Source: Eukaryota sp. TZLM1-RC (lineage: Eukaryota; Protista; Metamonada: BaSk clade). From it: DNA of 64,000 bases. The stretch lies in assembly GCA_040285825.1 (NCBI GenBank), contig JAUPSS010000005.1, forward strand, positions 1,116,001 to 1,180,000. Reading direction: 5' to 3'. A program made the translations under genes and the position numbers. Below the pieces are notes generated by a model. That model saw only the letters and a program-made list of their open reading frames with translations, had not been told where the DNA came from and did no database searches. This document shows, piece after piece, positions 59,215 through 64,000 of this stretch. Every line of letters begins with the position of its first letter. The first letter of the stretch is position 1.

Positions 59215-61623
59215 ATGTCCACACAAGCTTGTTCCATGGCAAGAAAACGTGAAACTGACAATGTCCAACTCCACTCTGTTGGTCAATCTATTTCTAATCA
59301 ACGTCCTCAGATTATCCCACTGGAAAGTTGTTGCCATAGTAGTTACCAAAACCTGGAATTGTTCATTGAAGACTTTATTCAACGCAAAAAGACCAAGGAT
59401 GTGACAAACATCACTTATTCATCTAATGTGGCATTTACATCCACACAAAATGATTTCACTGCACACAACGTTCTTCCACACTTTACGTCCAGTTATAAAC
59501 GTGTCAAATCCAAGATTCCTCCTCCTGTGATCAACTCGAGTACTGTCTCACCTTCTCAATCCATTGCAGTCTCCGTCATACCATCCGGTGTGTCATTGAT
59601 GATGTGGGAGAAACACGAACAAGAAAAACCTGTACTGAATAACTGTGTCCCTATAACTCTAGCATCAGCTGAACAATCTGAGGAGGGATTGGAAATAAAA
59701 ATTGTTTTGGACGAAAATCATTTGTTTATAACATTTGCTCCTCACAATGTAGTGTATCGTTTGAACATTTTTGAAGTTTTCCAGAATGGTGGAATTACCA
59801 TTCAGGAAGATTCAACAGCACCATTCATCAGTTCTCTCCGTCTGTTACATGGATCTGTCGTGGAAATGGCCATCTGTAAGGATAAACTGGCTTTAGTGAT
59901 AAGGTCAGGTAATCATACTCGTGACTTGCAATTAATCAACAAAAACCTAGAGAAGATCAATTTGTACAAGGAGTTCCATGGAGTTGAAGTCTCTTTTATC
60001 AACGAATTCCTTATCGGTTGTTTATCAAGTTCAAATCACTCGGAGTTATTGGTTTATAACACCTCTAATTGGAAGCTTGAGAAGTTTATGCTTCCCCAGA
60101 GTTATAATTCCCTGCAGTCCAGTCGAGATGGGTTTTTTGTCGTTTCTAATAGTTGTACATTCATCATTGGTAAGATTGACGGCAGGACACAACCAACCTG
60201 TTCTCTGATTGAATGTCAAAGCGAAATCACCATGTCCAATCCTGTGTGTTTTAATGGTAAAAACTCTGGCTTGATATCTGTGCTACTCTGTTCAGAACAT
60301 GAAGTTCCTATCACGGCAAGAAAACCAGGTAAGGAAGTTTCCAAACATGCATTAACCAATCTCTCTTTACCTGTGTCTCTGTTTGATTCTCCGGCTTTGG
60401 ATTCTACATCGCCTCTCTCAATTGAAGAACAAGTTCATATATCAGACACTGAATCGGAAGAACTCCTGACAGAAGCTAGAGACGTCACCATAGAAGAACA
60501 TGCTCCCACAACCGAAGGTCCAAACACTAGTCACGCAAATGCGAATTTGAATGAAGCAACAAAGGATGAAAAATTCTATTCACCACAACGACCCGCTCCA
60601 ACCACTGTTGCTTCTGATCAAGCTCTTCCACAAGCCCCTCCAAATACAGTCGTGTCTGATATTGAGAGTATTGTTGGCAATGCATTTAATCGTCTTGTTT
60701 CCTTGATTGATCCAAATGGAATAAAGCAGCAGCTTACATCTATTACGAATTCCTTGGATTCAATGAATAGTAATTCAAGTGGCAGCCTGCTAAGGTGTCC
60801 AATTTTAGACACTGATTCTGACCAATTCAGTACAGATGACACGTCATCACAAGTCACCATAATACCGTCTGATGAACTAGAGGTAAACTTTGCTAATGGA
60901 GCAGTTGTTGCAGATGATGAAACTGAAATTTTCAAAGCATTATGGAATGGTGAACCTGTGGGTGTCAAATTTTTAACAACAGATGGAGATGATGTTTTGA
61001 TGAGGGAATATTATTTATTAAGAAAATTGAGTAGTCCTTATGTGGTCCAAGCGTTTGGCTGTTGTCAAATAGATGGTAGATTCGGGATTGTCATTGAGGA
61101 ACCTACTACATTAAATGTTCCACAAAGTCTCAGTGTAAGTTGTGTTAGGTATGCTACACACGCTACAAAAGCAGTGAAGTTTCTCCATTTGCGCTCAACT
61201 GTTCATTGTGATATCAAACCCACAAGTTTTGGTCTTTTTGGAGATAAGGTAAAGTTAATTGATGTTAGGAATGTCAAAGTTGTTAAGGACACATATGTTA
61301 CTGTCGAGCCACTGTCCTATCCTTTGTCATACAGTGCCCCTGAATTGATCGCAGGAGAAGCCTGTAAAGCATCAGATGTTTATGGTTTAGGAATTTTTAT
61401 CTATGAAATCACTTGTAATAAGAAAGCATATGAAAATACCGCACTCAATAGATTATTTGGCAAGAAAATGCAAGGACGACCCCCTGTACTTGATGCTTCT
61501 GTACCTTCCGAATTGCAAGGGCTTCTTCAACAATGCTGTATTTTAGATGTAACAAAGAGACCAACATTGGATGAAATTCTAGTAGTCTTAGAGGGACTTT
61601 ACAGGATATGTCCTGCTTCTTGA
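59215..61623 (+). CDS. Large protein with a beta-rich central region and C-terminal TKL-like probable pseudokinase
   Basis: 802-aa ORF; ALWNGEPVGVK, HCDIKPTS, LIDVR replacing DFG, YSAPE, SDVYGLG, KRPT; Gly-rich loop absent. Confidence 0.8.
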   Translation: MSTQACSMARKRETDNVQLHSVGQSISNQRPQIIPLESCCHSSYQNLELFIEDFIQRKKTKDVTNITYSSNVAFTSTQNDFTAHNVLPHFTSSYKRVKSKIPPPVINSSTVSPSQSIAVSVIPSGVSLMMWEKHEQEKPVLNNCVPITLASAEQSEEGLEIKIVLDENHLFITFAPHNVVYRLNIFEVFQNGGITIQEDSTAPFISSLRLLHGSVVEMAICKDKLALVIRSGNHTRDLQLINKNLEKINLYKEFHGVEVSFINEFLIGCLSSSNHSELLVYNTSNWKLEKFMLPQSYNSLQSSRDGFFVVSNSCTFIIGKIDGRTQPTCSLIECQSEITMSNPVCFNGKNSGLISVLLCSEHEVPITARKPGKEVSKHALTNLSLPVSLFDSPALDSTSPLSIEEQVHISDTESEELLTEARDVTIEEHAPTTEGPNTSHANANLNEATKDEKFYSPQRPAPTTVASDQALPQAPPNTVVSDIESIVGNAFNRLVSLIDPNGIKQQLTSITNSLDSMNSNSSGSLLRCPILDTDSDQFSTDDTSSQVTIIPSDELEVNFANGAVVADDETEIFKALWNGEPVGVKFLTTDGDDVLMREYYLLRKLSSPYVVQAFGCCQIDGRFGIVIEEPTTLNVPQSLSVSCVRYATHATKAVKFLHLRSTVHCDIKPTSFGLFGDKVKLIDVRNVKVVKDTYVTVEPLSYPLSYSAPELIAGEACKASDVYGLGIFIYEITCNKKAYENTALNRLFGKKMQGRPPVLDASVPSELQGLLQQCCILDVTKRPTLDEILVVLEGLYRICPAS

Positions 61624-62089
61624 TGTAGCAGACAATCATTGTTTAACACATGTTTAACCGCATTTAAGAGAGAAATGGAATAGACTTGTGTAAATAAACT
61701 CAATTGATGTGATAGTTTATAAATCTTATTGTTGTTTAGTCTTCTGTTACTTGCAACCTTAAAATCAATAAATTTCGATAGATCATGAGATAAGCACTGT
61801 GCCCAGAGCATAATCAGAGTAACAAAAAATCAAGACTAAACTCGATACTTTCAATGGTTAACTCTGTTCATTTTTCTTTTCAATAATTCTGAATGTTACA
61901 GACTTGATTGAAGATTAATTGTTTCATTATTGCAGTGTCTTTGTCTCAACTGATGGTCTTAAAGATTTGACAGATTAATTGATAGATGGTAAACCATTCA
62001 GAATTCAAACATTTTCTGTTTTTTATGGAAAACCAATTTTACATATCTACAGAAATATCTTCTTATATTTATCGTCATCACCCAAAAAT

Positions 62090-62290
62090 AATGCTCGGAA
62101 ATGAATAAAGTGTTACAATTAAAGGAATGATTTGGAGCAATTTTTGGCCCACATTTGCAAATCAAATTATGAGGCATGTTATCAGGCCAAACGAAACATC
62201 GAAATTCCACTGAAGAAGAAATTATGGTATCTTTTGACAGAAGATTATAAATTTGAGTAATTTAGCAGACAAACACAAAGAGGAACTGTT
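62090..62290 (-). mobile_element. Short fragment of the RLE-type LINE family (Zn-knuckle region)
   Basis: FRCFVWPDNMPHNLICKCGPKIAPNHSFNC parallels MRCFLWPCSLPDDLICRCK...SHIFN at 28830-28930. Confidence 0.65.
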
Positions 62291-62357
62291 TTGGCTAAAC
62301 CAAATAAGAGAACTTTAGAATTGAAATTTACCCAATCATCAAACAATCTAAACTTCT

Positions 62358-64000
62358 ATGAACGGCTCTGTCATCAAACTTAATAATGGCTACTACAATG
62401 TTATAGAAAAGATTGGTGACGGAGCATATGCTTCTGTTTACAAAGCTTCCAAGGTCACTTCTTCATCTCAATATGCACTCAAGATCATGTCTACCGCGGA
62501 TCCTGACAGACAATCTCTCTTCCAACAAGAAATTTCCATGATGAAGCATATTGGCGACCATCCAAACATTGCTTCACTACATGATTCCTACATTGAAACA
62601 TCGTCTTCTTCACACAAATACTACCTTCTTCTAGATCTCTGCTCTCCTATTACTTCGTTTACATCACTCTCTACGTCACCTCTACCAGATGCAACACTAC
62701 TCCATCTCGTTAAGGATCTCTCACTTTCTCTACACCACCTCCATTCCCTGTCCCCGCCAGTCATCCACAGGGATATCAAGCTCGAAAACACGTTACAACA
62801 AGGAAACAGTTTTAAACTCTGTGACTTTGGCTCTGCAACTACATCAATTTTGACTCCTTCATCACGTAAACAACGACTTTTGATTGAATCAGAAGTTTCT
62901 AAATTGACAACTCCTGCCTATAGATCACCTGAAATGGTAGATGTTTATAGAAACATTGATATAGGAAAACCCAGTGATATTTGGGCATTTGGGGTTCTTG
63001 TGTATGTTTTCGCTTTCGGCAAGTTTCCTTTTGGTGATGGGAGTAATAAACTGGCAATCATGAATAAGAAGTTGATGTTTCCAAAAGACTTTTCAAGACC
63101 GGAAGTTATTTATGACGTGATTAATGGTTGTCTGGAACGGAATGTCGAGAAACGGTGTTCAGCCAATGACTTGTTAAACATTTTGGGCTTGAGTGAAAAA
63201 GTCGAAGTTCTTCGATGTAGTCATAATTATCCTTTTGATTTTGAAAGTCAAGGAAAGTCTCGTGATGACGTGTCAATAGGTCAAAAAGACACAACTTTTG
63301 ATTTTGCAGTCGGTGATCATGAAGATAATCCTTTTAATTTTGAAAGTCAAGGAAAGTCTCGTGATGACGTGTCAATAGGTCAAAAAGACACAACTTTTGA
63401 TTTTGTAATCGGTGATCATGAAGATAATCCTTTTAATTTTGAAAGTCAAGGAAAGTCTCGTGACGACGTGTCAATAGGTCAAAAAGACACAACTTTTGAT
63501 TTTGCAGTCGGTAATTATGAAGATAATCCTTTTGATTTTGAAAGTCAAGAAAAGTCTCGTGATGACGTGTCAATAGGTCAAAAAGACACAACTTTTGATT
63601 TTGCAGTCGGTGATCATGAAGATAATCCTTTTAATTTTGAAAGTCAAGGAAAGTCTCGTGATGACGTGTCAATAGGTCAAAAAGACACAACTTTTGATTT
63701 TGCAGTCGGTGATCATGAAGATAATCCTTTTAATTTTGAAAGTCAAGGAAAGTCTCGTGATGACGTGTCAATAGGTCAAAAAGACACAACTGTTGATTTT
63801 GCAGTCGGTGATCATGAAGATAATCCTTTTAATTTTGAAAGTCAAGGAAAATCTCGTGACGACGTGTCAATAGGTCAAAAAGACACAACTTTTGATGACT
63901 TTTTTGGAGAATGTAATTCTGTAGAAACTGGAACCAAATCTGGTCACTTTGATAGCTTTGAGCCCTCATTTTTTGGACCTCCTACGCCCTCAAAACCATC
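62358..64000 (+). CDS. NAK-family (AAK1/BIKE/GAK/Ark1-like) Ser/Thr kinase, runs off the window end
   Basis: IGDGAYASV, YALK, PPVIHRDIKLEN, KLCDFGSA, TTPAYRSPEMVDVY, SDIWAFG; missing from the ORF track because there is no stop in the window. Confidence 0.9.
   Translation, partial: MNGSVIKLNNGYYNVIEKIGDGAYASVYKASKVTSSSQYALKIMSTADPDRQSLFQQEISMMKHIGDHPNIASLHDSYIETSSSSHKYYLLLDLCSPITSFTSLSTSPLPDATLLHLVKDLSLSLHHLHSLSPPVIHRDIKLENTLQQGNSFKLCDFGSATTSILTPSSRKQRLLIESEVSKLTTPAYRSPEMVDVYRNIDIGKPSDIWAFGVLVYVFAFGKFPFGDGSNKLAIMNKKLMFPKDFSRPEVIYDVINGCLERNVEKRCSANDLLNILGLSEKVEVLRCSHNYPFDFESQGKSRDDVSIGQKDTTFDFAVGDHEDNPFNFESQGKSRDDVSIGQKDTTFDFVIGDHEDNPFNFESQGKSRDDVSIGQKDTTFDFAVGNYEDNPFDFESQEKSRDDVSIGQKDTTFDFAVGDHEDNPFNFESQGKSRDDVSIGQKDTTFDFAVGDHEDNPFNFESQGKSRDDVSIGQKDTTVDFAVGDHEDNPFNFESQGKSRDDVSIGQKDTTFDDFFGECNSVETGTKSGHFDSFEPSFFGPPTPSKP
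63228..63897 (+). repeat. Coding tandem array, 99-bp unit, ~6.7 copies
   Basis: gaaagtcaa recurs at 63243, 63342, 63441, 63540, 63639, 63738, 63837; unit FESQGKSRDDVSIGQKDTTFDFAVGDHEDNPFN. Confidence 0.97.

Noticed and set aside
9389-61639. Numerous 60-130-aa ORFs antisense or out of frame to real genes, and TTG/GTG starts in the ORF track
   Set aside because: Shadow ORFs without motifs; eukaryotic genes were re-started at ATG or via introns
63228-63897. Regular repeat array as CRISPR
   Set aside because: Units are contiguous 99-bp copies with no unique spacers, in frame within a eukaryotic kinase

Overview
AT-rich eukaryotic (protist-like) genomic DNA, not prokaryotic. Evidence: gamma-tubulin, kinesin-14, NAK and TKL-like kinases, F-box/LRR, RING and several RCC1-repeat genes, plus tiny GT-AG spliceosomal introns. 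The first ~21 kb is a transposon graveyard: a decayed MULE, an internally deleted hAT with TIRs and a perfect 8-bp TSD, an apparently intact MULE with TIRs and a 9-bp TSD, chromodomain Ty3/gypsy remnants with very short LTRs, and an unidentified Pro/Ser-rich decayed element. The remaining ~43 kb holds host genes interspersed with RLE-type LINE, hAT and gag fragments. Main signals: (1) all nine host introns I could reconstruct are 29-34 nt and end YTNAY-NN-HAG, with the putative branch A fixed at -7, and one gene has an 11-nt microexon; (2) telomere-type CCCTAA repeats and ACGT-core boxes recur inside genes, often as in-frame loop insertions; (3) unusual architectures occur (DCN1-like plus Zn fingers; RING-pseudokinase with a captured Cys/His module; membrane-anchored RCC1 propellers; NAK kinase with a 33-aa NPF array); (4) an otherwise intact RWDD2-like gene has no in-frame ATG. 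All family calls come from motif recognition by eye; no searches were run. A metamonad-like origin is only a guess.
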